From Haliotis rubra (taxonomy: Eukaryota), in the NCBI RefSeq assembly GCF_003918875.1, contig NW_025764940.1, forward strand, positions 186,001-250,000: DNA of 64,000 nt, given 5' to 3'. Below are positions 49,778 to 62,900 of the stretch, piece by piece; position 1 is the first letter of the stretch, and the number at the start of each line of letters is the position of its first letter. Made by a program: the position numbers and the translations under genes. The notes beneath the pieces were generated by a model. It did not search any database and was not told the origin of the DNA. It saw only the letters and a list, made by a program, of their open reading frames with translations.

Positions 49778-49798
49778 CAAGCCACAAATTATGAACGG
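49457..49798. mobile_element. G-run-rich MITE (AGGGACCGTT.ATAATTTATG termini)
   Basis: Ends GACCGTTAATAATTTATGG / CCACAAATTATGAACGGT; related copies at about 40530-40740 and 14400-14545; internal (CA)n. Confidence 0.6.
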
Positions 49799-50506
49799 TA
49801 GATCGAGTTGCCTTGCTCTAGAAACAAGTTTAGAAAAAAAGTTTCACCTCGCTTCATTTTGTGAGTCTGCCAGTATATTTGTATTATGTCAGGACATAAA
49901 TTGTCAAAACGGCATGGGACACTGAAATAACAGTTGTCTGCAGTGTGGGACTGACAAGTTAGGGCCTGATTGAGATGTTAAATAGAGGAAAATACTGACA
50001 GGTAGTCTGTCGTACAGACCCTGAAGCAAATATAGCCAAGAAAGCCCACACAAGTCTAGAAAATGTGGCAAGTCTAGATTTCCTCAGCTTCTTATATATT
50101 TTTTTACAATGATCTTTTTTTCAGTAAAATATGTTCATTTCAGAGACTAGTTGTTAGTCTAGGTGACAGGCTAACCTGAACAATGCCTCGCCACGCACGC
50201 ACGGTGATCTGAGTTGTATGTATTTATATACTGTGTGTCACTCATGATCTGTGACGTGTGGCTATTTATATCATAGTGTGACACGGGCACTGTGACATTT
50301 TCTTCTACTGTTCAGGTCACTGGCGACTCCTACATCCTACAGTAATTGAGTCTACATGTGCAATACCCGATGTTGTCAGCTGTGCGATACTGTTGCACCT
50401 CAAACTGACAAGTCGTGACAGGAAACAAAGAGTAAATATGTGTATTAGTCCTAATTGCAGTATAACACAATATTTGTTTACAGTATCACAGCGTTGCATT
50501 CAGGGT

Positions 50507-50876
50507 AGGATGATACATAGAGAATCTCACCCGAGTGCCTTTTGATATCAAATATATCACCACGAGTTGATATTTTTACTTTTATCAAAGAGTGTTGATA
50601 TATTTGATATGAGAAGACACGAGGGTGAGATTCTATTTATCATCAAAAATCACTCGTCATTAGTTTTCAATGAAAAATGTACATCTCTGAACACAGTACT
50701 GCCATTTGATTTGCAGTGCAGCGATGTCTTAACATTGTGACGTCAACACGTTCATGAAGTCATAGCATTGTCAGGGCATTGTACAAAATCAACTGTCAAA
50801 ACAATATCTCCTAGGAGATATCGTCTGATCTCACACAAGCGATATCTACTGTGGAACACAGTTTTGGATGATACAT
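50507..50876. mobile_element. Hairpin-containing insertion present in only one copy of the local duplication
   Basis: Internal palindrome AGAATCTCACCCGAGTG...CACGAGGGTGAGATTCT; GGATGATACAT direct repeat at both ends. Confidence 0.5.
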
Positions 50877-50882
50877 GTGTTA

Positions 50883-51048
50883 TGGGGGCGGTGGGGTAAC
50901 CTAGAGGTTAAAGCGTTCACTCGTCATGCCGAAGGACCGGGTTCGACTCCCCACTTGGGTACTCTGTGTGAAGCCCATTGTCTGGTGTCCCCGTCGTGAT
51001 ATTGCTGGAATACTGCTAAAAGCGGCCTAAAACCATACTTGCTCACTC
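50883..51048 (+). mobile_element. SINE-A, full length
   Basis: Matches the SINE-A consensus from GGGGCGGTGGGGTA to the (ACTC) tail. Confidence 0.85.
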
Positions 51049-52651
51049 AGATGTGTTGTTTTGTTTGTCTGCTCGTTGCACTCACCAATATTCCATCTAG
51101 ATGACAGCCTTGTCAGGTTCAGACAATCCAGTGATTGACGCTTAGCATCGATATACACAGAGGTCAGCGTCAACCAGGTCAGCGGTTATGACTACCCGAT
51201 CTTGTTATTTGCCACTTAAAACAAACGTGGGTCGCTGAAGATCAGACCTTCATGGGCTATATCATATTTATTCAGCCTTATGAATGAATTGCTTTCTTAT
51301 TATAGAAGATATGGTTGCACTTAAATTCTGATAAGAAATAAAAACAAAATTCCGATTCTGGGTATGTTTTCGCTTCTTTAGTTTCTTGGTGTATGCAATA
51401 ACTTCAGTGAGTGGTTGATATAGATGTCAAACATTGTCTAATAAATGCAACTAAGATATGATACACTACCTGTGTTTTCATTTGTATAATTACCCATGAA
51501 GGTCCGGGTTAGAATGTTGATCTTCAGTAACCCATGCTTGTCGTAAGAGGCGACTAACGGGATCGGGTAGTCAGACTCGCTGACTTGTTTGACACGTCAT
51601 CGGTTCCCAATTCCGCAGATCGATGCTCATGCTGTTGATCACTGGATTGTCTGGTGATATATTTGTAGAACTGGAATGTCAACTCAATTTTGTAGTTCAT
51701 AAAATTCTAGCTGCACTATGATTGCATCTCTTTGCTCATTCCTCGAAATATCCAATATTATCAAGATCAGAGCAAGTACATATATTCGTTATGTGGTTTT
51801 TTTTGGTCATGAACGCAGTTTACTCTTTATCATTGTTTAGATATAGTACCTCGTATTTACAGTTTGTCTGGAAACTTCGTAACACGGACAATATTGTCCT
51901 GTAAGGATTATGCCCAGATTAAGAGGATTGTATTAAGAAATGAAAAAACGTTGTTTTGAAGCTGAGGGAATCTGCGTAAATACTTCGAGTTAGCGGAAGT
52001 TCGACTCAACCGCAAAATGATGAGAAAATTAAGAATATGCAGGGAATAAGCTTTTCTTCGAGACAACCGTACATTCCACCTATCAAAGTTCGACACAACA
52101 GTGTTTGTATATATTTCAATTCTATGCATAAGTGACATTAGCAGAGGAGAAATCGACAAAGTTTCTCACTCGTACACAATACTAGGTTTATGTAGTTAAA
52201 TTTTTGTACAATTTTCACACTCAAATCAGCACTACACAACATAATCATAGAAAATAACCCATATAGTGATGACCATCACCATCCGGAGCTAAACAAGTCT
52301 ACCGACATTCATTAGAACATGACACATGGACAGGAAGGTGAACGGAGTTGTCTCCCTTGTCTCATCTCAACTGTTAGTCATTGTGTTAAAAAGGCATGGA
52401 ACGAGCAAATACACACATGCGCTTGGTTCGACGTGAGATAGAACAGACGGGTTATCTCCCTTACATCAGGTGTTTCGCGAGAAGCAATTTGTTCGTGCTT
52501 ATGGAGCAAAATGTTAATTATTAAGAGCTTGTTTTCAAGACGATTTACAGAGAAAAACGTTGAAAATATCATATTGCTATATCGTTTATATTTGTTACTT
52601 GGGGTCCCCTGGAATGGTATATTATTGCTATAATGTGTTCGCCTAACTTCA

Positions 52652-52824
52652 GGGGCGGCGGGGTAGCCTAGTGGTTAAAGCGTTGGCTCGTCATGCCGAA
52701 GACCCAGGTTCGAATTCCATCATGGGTACAATGTGTGAAGCACACTTCTGGTGTCCCCCGCCATGATGTTGCTGGAATATTGCTAAAAGCGTCGTAAAAC
52801 CAAACTCACTGAGTCAGTCATTAA
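52652..52824 (+). mobile_element. SINE-A, full length
   Basis: TSD CCTAACTTCA at 52642-52651 / 52825-52834; the empty paralogous site is at 48868-48877. Confidence 0.92.
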
Positions 52825-54027
52825 CCTAACTTCAAGAGTTGAACCTGTACCTATACTGTTTCCAATTGGTCTCTAGCAACCCATCCTCGTCGGGAAAGCG
52901 ACGAATGGGAGATGATGGTCAGACTCGATGCTCATGATATCAGTCACTGAATTTTCTGATCGAATATTTACAGACTACCGTCATGTAGCTCGAATATTGC
53001 TGAGTGCGACTTTTAACAACAAACACATACTTCCAGGGTTGAAACTGTAAAGATACTGTTTTGAACCCACGCATGTCGTAAAAGCGATGAACGGGAGAGG
53101 GCTTCCAGGCTCGACTTGACGGATGCATGTTTTTGTGACCCACTTGCGGAGATAGCTTTCTGATCCTTACTCGAATATTTACAAACTACCGTCATGAACC
53201 TGAAACATTACTGTGTGCGTTGACAACAAATGGTTACCAGGGTAGCATCCGTGTCCTAATAGACGAGGACACAGGTGACTGAAAGGCCATAATGCTGCGA
53301 TTACTGGACACAAATGGCGGGAAGCGTTGGCCATACTATTGACCACAGGTTTACATGAACCAGACACAACTATTTATGCAGTGTTCGCAGCATGCGAAAA
53401 TCAATAGCAATAAAAAACTTACAGTTACTATATTACTTATACATACTAGCATATACAAGCCTGTAATGCATGTAATTTTACGTTACTAAGTTATTACTGC
53501 TCATATGTCGTGACAAGCGACATCTACAGTTCAATAATGGTAATCACTTGTTGAACAGGTCGTTCATCAATGTCGTTTCGAGGTTCTTCCACCCATTAGC
53601 AACGCTGAAAACAAAAACATAGTAAGATCGCATTGTACGCATGCTTTAAATAACATCATCGTTGGTAAGATAAGTCGGTAAAATAAGTACAAATGTTACG
53701 CAACACTGTGGCCACGCATGTTTATGCCTTTTGTCAGTGGACATTGGCACGATCTGTTCATTCCAACAAATAGCAAACACGGCAGTATATACTGAGACGT
53801 CAGATAGAGGTATTACATACTCCCCTATTGTGCTTTACACTGTGGTGCTTGACAACTGGAGACCTAGCATTGCAGGTTTGCACAGGAATTCAGTCACCTG
53901 ATTGAATTCTTTGAACGGTGACAATGAATAACACGGGGAGAACACTGTGTCTTACATTAGCTGTCGACATAAATAAATATGACGTCATGTCATTGGTCAC
54001 TTCATGCCAGTCCTTCCTGAAGACATC

Positions 54028-54162
54028 ATGTTGGTTTGTTCTGCTTGGTTACTGATTGTGGGTTACTTTGTACCTGTTACATTCTCATATGAGAATTTTA
54101 CTGTGCATGGCAACTGCTCAGGGACTCTCCTGCAAGAGAGGTTTGCTGTATGGGGAACGCCG
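54028..54162 (+). CDS. Probable first coding exon of a secreted or membrane glycoprotein (alternative start 54004); remainder not found in window
   Basis: MLVCSAWLLIVGYFVPVTFS resembles a signal peptide, followed by two N-glycosylation sequons (NFT, NCS). The exon ends at a consensus donor CCG|GTAAGT (phase 0). CATAAATAAA and a perfect CRE TGACGTCA (53980-53987) lie just upstream. Confidence 0.5.
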
Positions 54163-54401
54163 GTAAGTAGAAATATGTCTTGGATCATTTATTCTTAAAG
54201 GTATGTATCGACATAGAGTTGTCATAGTCAAACGCAAATGTTTTGGAAACATTCCGCAAAGACATTTTTTTAAAGGGAAATGCGAAATCCAGGATAACAA
54301 TAGTCAGTGACTTACTTTCTTGATTACTTTAATTCAATGTTCGTATACATGAAGGAAAACCAGGTTCAATGGATATATACAATTGACAAGGTTGATGTAT
54401 A

Positions 54402-55252
54402 CTATTCCAAAAAAAGAAACGCACAACCCAGAAATCTGCTGCGAAAATGTTGTATTTTCAAACATGTATAACTCGTCCACAAATAGACTTTAGTACATGG
54501 ATTTTCAGTTTAGAAGAAGGTAATGTCTATACAGCCTAGTTGACGATTCTAGATAAAGGGGACGTTGAGAGCGATGGTGACCACGTAGCATGGTCCCGAC
54601 TTCGGGTCTCCTGGCACACAGTCCAATCTCTCTCAACCTGTTCCGTACAGTTTGACGGATATCTTCCGAAGTCTAGGCACCCTGGCTGCTGTGCTCTCAC
54701 CCATGGCAGTACGATCACGCAAATGTAGTACTCGGATTACCGATCTTGGGCTGAGGTCTGCCTGTACGGGGACGGTCAATTGTTATACCTGTTTGGTTGT
54801 AACGAGGTGCAAGCAATGATATCGTGCTCAGACTAACATTCTGACGCCTGGCAACTGAACGTTGGTAATCTCCATCGTGCATTCTGTCAACGGCGGTGAT
54901 CCGTGTCGCAGCGTCAAGACGTGGCGTAGTGATTTGACCTTGAAACTCCTTCAAAACGAATTCAAATTTCCGAAATAATCTGGATTTCTATAGCCAGACA
55001 GTGCGTGCTCTTTGCTGCACAATTTCAACTGGAATGTGATTTCTGTGGCATTGTGGCGATGCCTTTTTAATTCTTGTATAAAATCTCATCAAATGAACAT
55101 TTTTTAGGTAAAGTCGATTTTTCTCTTGTGCAATCGTGTAAAATCATGTTATCGACACTTTGTTACATATTTTGAAGATTGTTTGAACACAATTGGTAAT
55201 TAATAGATTTTTCAAAATACAAAAAGCCTATGCGTTTCTCTTTTGGGGATAG
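54402..55252 (-). mobile_element. Tc1 deletion derivative
   Basis: TIRs CTATTCCAAAAAAAGAAACGCA / TGCGTTTCTCTTTTGGGGATAG with TA flanks. Remnant PRLDAATR...QRSVARRQNVSLSTIS...DRPRTGRP and, after a frameshift, QTVRNRLREIGLCARRP. Confidence 0.88.
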
Positions 55253-55802
55253 TATAATTTGGATTGCTATATTAGTGATTTGAGCAGAGTAGGTTGATGT
55301 ACAGAGCGATAGTGATTAAAACAATATGCAGAAAGAATGAGTTTATACAATAGTTGAGTTATACTGAGATGGTAATTAATAAGTATGAGAGAAGAAGACA
55401 GAGAAAGAACTTCACGACCCATAGAACTTGGTTTTCCTTCACCTATTCAACTTCTAAAATGCCTCTCAAAGAAGTTCGCATGCATGATTAATTGAAATAA
55501 AATCAATCGATATATAACCGAAACAACGGTAGATTCTGGCCCTGAGGCAGTCAGGATTCTGCCAGTCCCGACGTGGAATTTCAGATGGCGTGCTGAATTC
55601 CTTTCGATGATGTTCTTGTATCACCCTGTACAATAATGCAATTCAGGGAACGGTAACTCAAAGTATTCCTGTCTAGGATAATGTAAGTTTACAGTAACTA
55701 CATTTGAGAATAAACAGGCATCATATCATATATATAATGCACGTAAATGTAGTTAATGTAGGTTTACTTCATTTCATAGCAAACATGTACCATATATTAT
55801 AT

Positions 55803-56946
55803 CAGGGATAATCTACAACAGGGATAGGTCACTCGCTTGCATTCTTTCCCATTTGTACTGACTAGCGTGTGCCTCGTCATGCTCCAAAGCACACATTGAC
55901 TTGATTCGTTCCCAGTGCAACTTCGGTTGCGTTTAACAGTACTTTGGCCAGTGTATTGTATCAGTCGGAATTTTAGATTAATGAATGAATGAATGAAGAT
56001 CAAGAGTTATATGTGAATGAATGAACGAAAGAAATAAAGAAAAAGAACAAAACAAAGAAACACATATGTGAATGAATGAAAAAATAAATGATACACCACG
56101 GCCATCCCTCCCCAAACATGTGAAAGAACGCAAAACTATCGGTAGAGCACATGTGTTAACATCAGCTGTCCTTTTTTTAAAAATCTACTTTAAAACATTT
56201 TTTTTACATTAGTAATTAATTCAGATATCGTATTGCATGTGTGGAATGGCATGGACATTGATAGAATGTTAAGTGACACTGTCACACACCCCTCAAAAAC
56301 AGAAAGTTTAGAACTATCACAAAGCGTTGTAAACACCATTCCAGTTTTGTCAAATACTAAGATCAACAAGAAAGAAAGAAGTTGTAGAACTATAACACTC
56401 AAGCATCACAAGCATCAATGGCGGATCAGAACAGATCGGCGATATGTCATATTTTTCACACACCTCAAATACACCCTAACAATTGTTTTTAAATTATTAA
56501 ACTATCATTATTACTTGCAAACACCTTTCACCTGGTGGTATATCCCCCTCATAAACGAATATGTGAAAGAAGTTTTTAGCGATAGAATTTAGTCTTTCTT
56601 CGCTGTGTACCGAGAACTGAAGCCAGTCAGCTACACCAGAGACCATATGGTCTCTGGCTACACCATGCCGACTTGAAACTTTAATACAAATCTGCTCTAC
56701 TAATACTGACACTAATAACAATTATTTGACTTAAAATGAAGTGACAGAATAGGTAACTTATCTTCTACATGTAAGTTTTCAGTTGTCACAACACTTAGCG
56801 AATGTAATCAGCTGTTGAAAATAAAACAAGCTTAATCTTGAAAACTACGCTGTCGCCATATTGGCTACACTGGTCACGTGACGAGCCGAGGCATACGCTA
56901 AGGGGCTTTTCCAGGAGTGACCACTCCCCGTTATATAGTCTCCCTG
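55803..56946. mobile_element. Non-autonomous DNA transposon with CAGGGA termini and a 7-bp TSD (P-superfamily-like)
   Basis: Imperfect about 32-bp TIR (CAGGGATAATCTACAACAGGGATAGGTCACTC vs reverse complement CAGGGAGACTATATAACGGGGAGTGGTCACTC); TSD ATTATAT at 55796-55802 / 56947-56953. Confidence 0.7.
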
Positions 56947-56966
56947 ATTATATACATAGCGAAGTT

Positions 56967-59900
56967 AAATGTAGTTAATGTAAGTTTACTTCATTTGATA
57001 ATAATCATGTACCATAACGATGTTGGCTGTAGTTACTAAAGTTTACTTCATTGATAATAGTCGTGTACCATAACGATGTTGGCTGTAGTTACTAAAGTTT
57101 ACTTCATTGATAATAGTCGTGTACCATAACGATGTTGGCTGTAGTTACTAAAGTTTACTTCATTGATAATAGTCATGTACCATAACGATGTTGGCTGTAG
57201 TTACTAAAGTTTACTTCATTTGATAATAGTCGTGTACCATAACGATGTTGGCTGTAGTTACTAAAGTTTACTTCATTGATAATAGTCGTGTACCATAACG
57301 ATGTTGGCTGTAGTTACTAAAGTTTACTTCATTGATAATAGTCATGTACCATAACGATGTTGGCTGTAGTTACTAAAGTTTACTTCATTGATAATAGTCA
57401 TGTACCATAACGATGTTGGCTGTAGTTACTAAAGTTTACTTCATTGATAATCATGTACCATAACGATGTTGACTGTAGTTACTAAAGTTTACTTCATTGA
57501 TAATAGTCATGTACCATAACGATGTTGGCTGTAGTTACTAAAGTTTACTTCATTGATAATAGTCGTGTACCATAACGATGTTGGCTGTAGTTACTAAAGT
57601 TTACTTCATTGATAATAGTCGTGTACCATAACGATGTTGGCTGTAGTTACTAAAGTTTACTTCATTGATAATAATCATGTACCATAACGATGTTGGCTGT
57701 AGTTACTAAAGTTTACTTCATTGATAATAATCGTGTACCATAACGATGTACCATAACGATGTTGGCTGTAGTTACTAAAGTTTACTTCATTTGATAATAA
57801 TCATGTACCATAACGATGTTGGCTGTAGTTACTAAAGTTTACTTCATTGATAATAGTCGTGTACCATAACGATGTTGGCTGTAGTTACTAAAGTTTACTT
57901 CATTGATAATAATCATGTACCATAACGATGTTGGCTGTAGTTACTAAAGTTTACTTCATTGATAATAGTCGTGTACCATAACGATGTTGGCTGTAGTTAC
58001 TAAAGTTTACTTCATTGATAATAGTCGTGTACCATAACGATGTTGGCTGTAGTTACTAAAGTTTACTTCATTGATAATAGTCGTGTACCATAACGATGTT
58101 GACTGTAGTTACTAAAGTTTACTTCATTGATAATAGTCGTGTACCATAACGATGTTACTAAAGTTTACTGTAGTTACTAAAGTTTACTTCATTGATAATA
58201 GTCGTGTACCATAACGATGTTGGCTGTAGTTACTAAAGTTTACTTCATTGATAATAGTCATGTACCATAACGATGTTGGCTGTAGTTACTAAAGTTTACT
58301 TCATTGATAATAGTCATGTACCATAACGATGTTGGCTGTAGTTACTAAAGTTTACTTCATTGATAATAGTCATGTACCATAACGATGTTGGCTGTAGTTA
58401 CTAAAGTTTACTTCATTGATAATAGTCGTGTACCATAACGATGTTGACTGTAGTTACTAAAGTTTACTTCATTGATAATAGTCATGTACCATAACGATGT
58501 TGGCTGTAGTTACTAAAGTTTACTTCATTGATAATAGTCATGTACCATAACGATGTTGGCTGTAGTTACTAAAGTTTACTTCATTGATAATAGTCATGTA
58601 CCATAACGATGTTGGCTGTAGTTACTAAAGTTTACTTCATTGATAATAATCATGTACCATAACGATGTTGGCTGTAGTTACTAAAGTTTACTTCATTGAT
58701 AATAGTCGTGTACCATAACGATGTTGGCTGTAGTTACTAAAGTTTACTTCATTTGATAATAATCATGTACCATAACGATGTTGGCTGTAGTTACTAAAGT
58801 TTACTTCATTGATAATAGTCGTGTACCATAACGATGTTGGCTGTAGTTACTAAAGTTTACTTCATTTGATAATAATCATGTACCATAACGATGTTGGCTG
58901 TAGTTACTAAAGTTTACTTCATTGATAATAGTCGTGTACCATAACGATGTTGACTGTAGTTACTAAAGTTTACTTCATTGATAATAGTCGTGTACCATAA
59001 CGATGTTGGCTGTAGTTACTAAAGTTTACTTCATTTGATAATAATCATGTACCATAACGATGTTGGCTGTAGTTACTAAAGTTTACTTCATTGATAATAG
59101 TCGTGTACCATAACGATGTTGGCTGTAGTTACTAAAGTTTACTTCATTGATAATAGTCGTGTACCATAACGATGTTGGCTGTAGTTACTAAAGTTTACTT
59201 CATTGATAATAGTCATGTACCATAACGATGTTGGCTGTAGTTACTAAAGTTTACTTCATTGATAATAATCATGTACCATAACGATGTTGGCTGTAGTTAC
59301 TAAAGTTTACTTCATTGATAATAGTCATGTACCATAACGATGTTGGCTGTAGTTACTAAAGTTTACTTCATTGATAATAATCATGTACCATAACGATGTT
59401 GGCTGTAGTTACTAAAGTTTACTTCATTGATAATAGTCGTGTACCATAACGATGTTGGCTGTAGTTACTAAAGTTTACTTCATTGATAATAGTCATGTAC
59501 CATAACGATGTTGACTGTAGTTACTAAAGTTTACTTCATTTGATAATAGTCGTGTACCATAACGATGTTGGCTGTAGTTACTAAAGTTTACTTCATTTGA
59601 TAATAGTCATGTACCATAACGATGTTGGCTGTAGTTACTAAAGTTTACTTCATTTGATAATAGTCATGTACCATAACGATGTTGGCTGTAGTTACTAAAG
59701 TTTACTTCATTGATAATAATCATGTACCATAACGATGTTGGCTGTAGTTACTAAAGTTTACTTCATTGATAATAGTCGTGTACCATAACGATGTTGGCTG
59801 TAGTTACTAAAGTTTACTTCATTGATAATAGTCGTGTACCATAACGATGTTGGCTGTAGTTACTAAAGTTTACTTCATTGATAATAGTCATTGATAATAG

Positions 59901-62900
59901 TAATGTACCATAACGATGTTGGCTGTAGTTACTAAAGTTTACTTCATTGATAATAGTCGTGTACCATAACGATGTTGGCTGTAGTTACTAAAGTTTACTT
60001 CATTGATAATAGTCATGTACCATAACGATGTTGGCTGTAGTTACTAAAGTTTACTTCATTGATAATAGTCATGTACCATAACGATGTTGGCTGTAGTTAC
60101 TAAAGTTTACTTCATTTGATAATAGTCGTGTACCATAACGATGTTGGCTGTAGTTACTAAAGTTTACTTCATTGATAATAGTCATGTACCATAACGATGT
60201 TGGCTGTAGTTACTAAAGTTTACTTCATTTGATAATAGTCGTGTACCATAACGATGTTGGCTGTAGTTACTAAAGTTTACTTCATTGATAATAGTCATGT
60301 ACCATAACGATGTTGGCTGTAGTTACTAAAGTTTACTTCATTGATAATAGTCATGTACCATAACGATGTTGGCTGTAGTTACTAAAGTTTACTTCATTGA
60401 TAATAGTCGTGTACCATAACGATGTTGGCTGTAGTTACTAAAGTTTACTTCATTGATAATAGTCGTGTACCATAACGATGTTGGCTGTAGTTACTAAAGT
60501 TTACTTCATTGATAATAGTCATGTACCATAACGATGTTGGCTGTAGTTACTAAAGTTTACTTCATTGATAATAGTCGTGTACCATAACGATGTTGGCTGT
60601 AGTTACTAAAGTTTACTTCATTGATAATAGTCGTGTACCATAACGATGTTGGCTGTAGTTACTAAAGTTTACTTCATTGATAATAGTCGTGTACCATAAC
60701 GATGTTGGCTGTAGTTACTAAAGTTTACTTCATTGATAATAGTCATGTACCATAACGATGTTGGCTGTAGTTACTAAAGTTTACTTCATTGATAATAATC
60801 ATGTACCATAACGATGTTGGCTGTAGTTACTAAAGTTTACTTCATTTGATAATAGTCATGTACCATAACGATGTTGACTGTAGTTACTAAAGTTTACTTC
60901 ATTGATAATAGTCATGTACCATAACGATGTTGGCTGTAGTTACTAAAGTTTACTTCATTGATAATAGTCGTACCATAACGATGTTGGCTGTAGTTACTAA
61001 AGTTTACTTCATTGATAATAGTCATGTACCATAACGATGTTGGCTGTAGTTACTAAAGTTTACTTCATTGATAATAGTCGTGTACCATAACGATGTTGGC
61101 TGTAGTTACTAAAGTTTACTTCATTGATAATAGTCATGTACCATAACGATGTTGGCTGTAGTTACTAAAGTTTACTTCATTGATAATAGTCGTGTACCAT
61201 AACGATGTTGGCTGTAGTTACTAAAGTTTACTTCATTGATAATAGTCGTGTACCATAACGATGTTGGCTGTAGTTACTAAAGTTTACTTCATTGATAATA
61301 GTTGTACATAACGATGTTGACTGTAGTTACTAAAGTTTACTTCATTGATAATAGTCGTGTACCATAACGATGTTGGCTGTAGTTACTAAAGTTTACTTCA
61401 TTGATAATAGTCATGTACCATAACGATGTTGGCTGTAGTTACTAAAGTTTACTTCATTGATAATAATCATGTACCATAACGATGTTGGCTGTAGTTACTA
61501 AAGTTTACTTCATTGATAATAGTCGTGTACCATAACGATGTTGGCTGTAGTTACTAAAGTTTACTTCATTGATAATAATCATGTACCATAACGATGTTGG
61601 CTGTAGTTACTAAAGTTTACTTCATTGATAATAGTCATGTACCATAACGATGTTGGCTGTAGTTACTAAAGTTTACTTCATTGATAATAGTCGTGTACCA
61701 TAACGATGTTGACTGTAGTTACTAAAGTTTACTTCATTGATAATAGTCGTGTACCATAACGATGTTGACTGTAGTTACTAAAGTTTACTTCATTGATAAT
61801 AATCATGTACCATAACGATGTTGGCTGTAGTTACTAAAGTTTACTTCATTGATAATAGTCATGTACCATAACGATGTTGACTGTAGTTACTAAAGTTTAC
61901 TTCATTGATAATAGTCATGTACCATAACGATGTTGGCTGTAGTTACTAAAGTTTACTTCATTGATAATAGTCGTGTACCATAACGATGTTGGCTGTAGTT
62001 ACTAAAGTTTACTTCATTGATAATAGTCATGTACCATAACGATGTTGACTGTAGTTACTAAAGTTTACTTCATTGATAATAGTCATGTACCATAACGATG
62101 TTGGCTGTAGTTACTAAAGTTTACTTCATTGATAATAGTCATGTACCATAACGATGTTGACTGTAGTTACTAAAGTTTACTTCATTGATAATAATCATGT
62201 ACCATAACGATGTTGGCTGTAGTTACTAAAGTTTACTTCATTGATAATAGTCGTGTACCATAACGATGTTGGCTGTAGTTACTAAAGTTTACTTCATTGA
62301 TAATAGTCATGTACCATAACGATGTTGACTGTAGTTACTAAAGTTTACTTCATTGATAATAGTCGTGTACCATAACGATGTTGGCTGTAGTTACTAAAGT
62401 TTACTTCATTGATAATAGTCATGTACCATAACGATGTTGGCTGTAGTTACTAAAGTTTACTTCATTGATAATAGTCATGTACCATAACGATGTTGACTGT
62501 AGTTACTAAAGTTTACTTCATTGATAATAATCATGTACCATAACGATGTTGGCTGTAGTTACTAAAGTTTACTTCATTGATAATAGTCGTACCATAACGA
62601 TGTTGGCTGTAGTTACTAAAGTTTACTTCATTGATAATAGTCATGTACCATAACGATGTTGGCTGTAGTTACTAAAGTTTACTTCATTGATAATAGTCAT
62701 GTACCATAACGATGTTGACTGTAGTTACTAAAGTTTACTTCATTGATAATAGTCGTGTACCATAACGATGTTGGCTGTAGTTACTAAAGTTTACTTCATT
62801 GATAATAGTCATGTACCATAACGATGTTGGCTGTAGTTACTAAAGTTTACTTCATTGATAATAGTCATGTACCATAACGATGTTGGCTGTAGTTACTAAA

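Larger units (their letters stand above)
47133..53150. repeat. Local tandem duplication: copy A about 47133-49200, copy B about 49880-53150
   Basis: Collinear similarity throughout; copy B carries extra insertions at about 50003-50163, 50507-51048, 51890-52600 and 52652-52824. Confidence 0.85.

Noticed and set aside
55533-55652. Possible exon 2 of the 54-kb gene with an in-frame TGA before CSC (selenocysteine?)
   Set aside because: Purine-rich, poor acceptor, no SECIS evidence and no recognisable homology; most likely chance.
56497-56721. Exon-like ORF inside the P-like element as a THAP or transposase fragment
   Set aside because: No THAP cysteine pattern or transposase motif recognisable; left unassigned.
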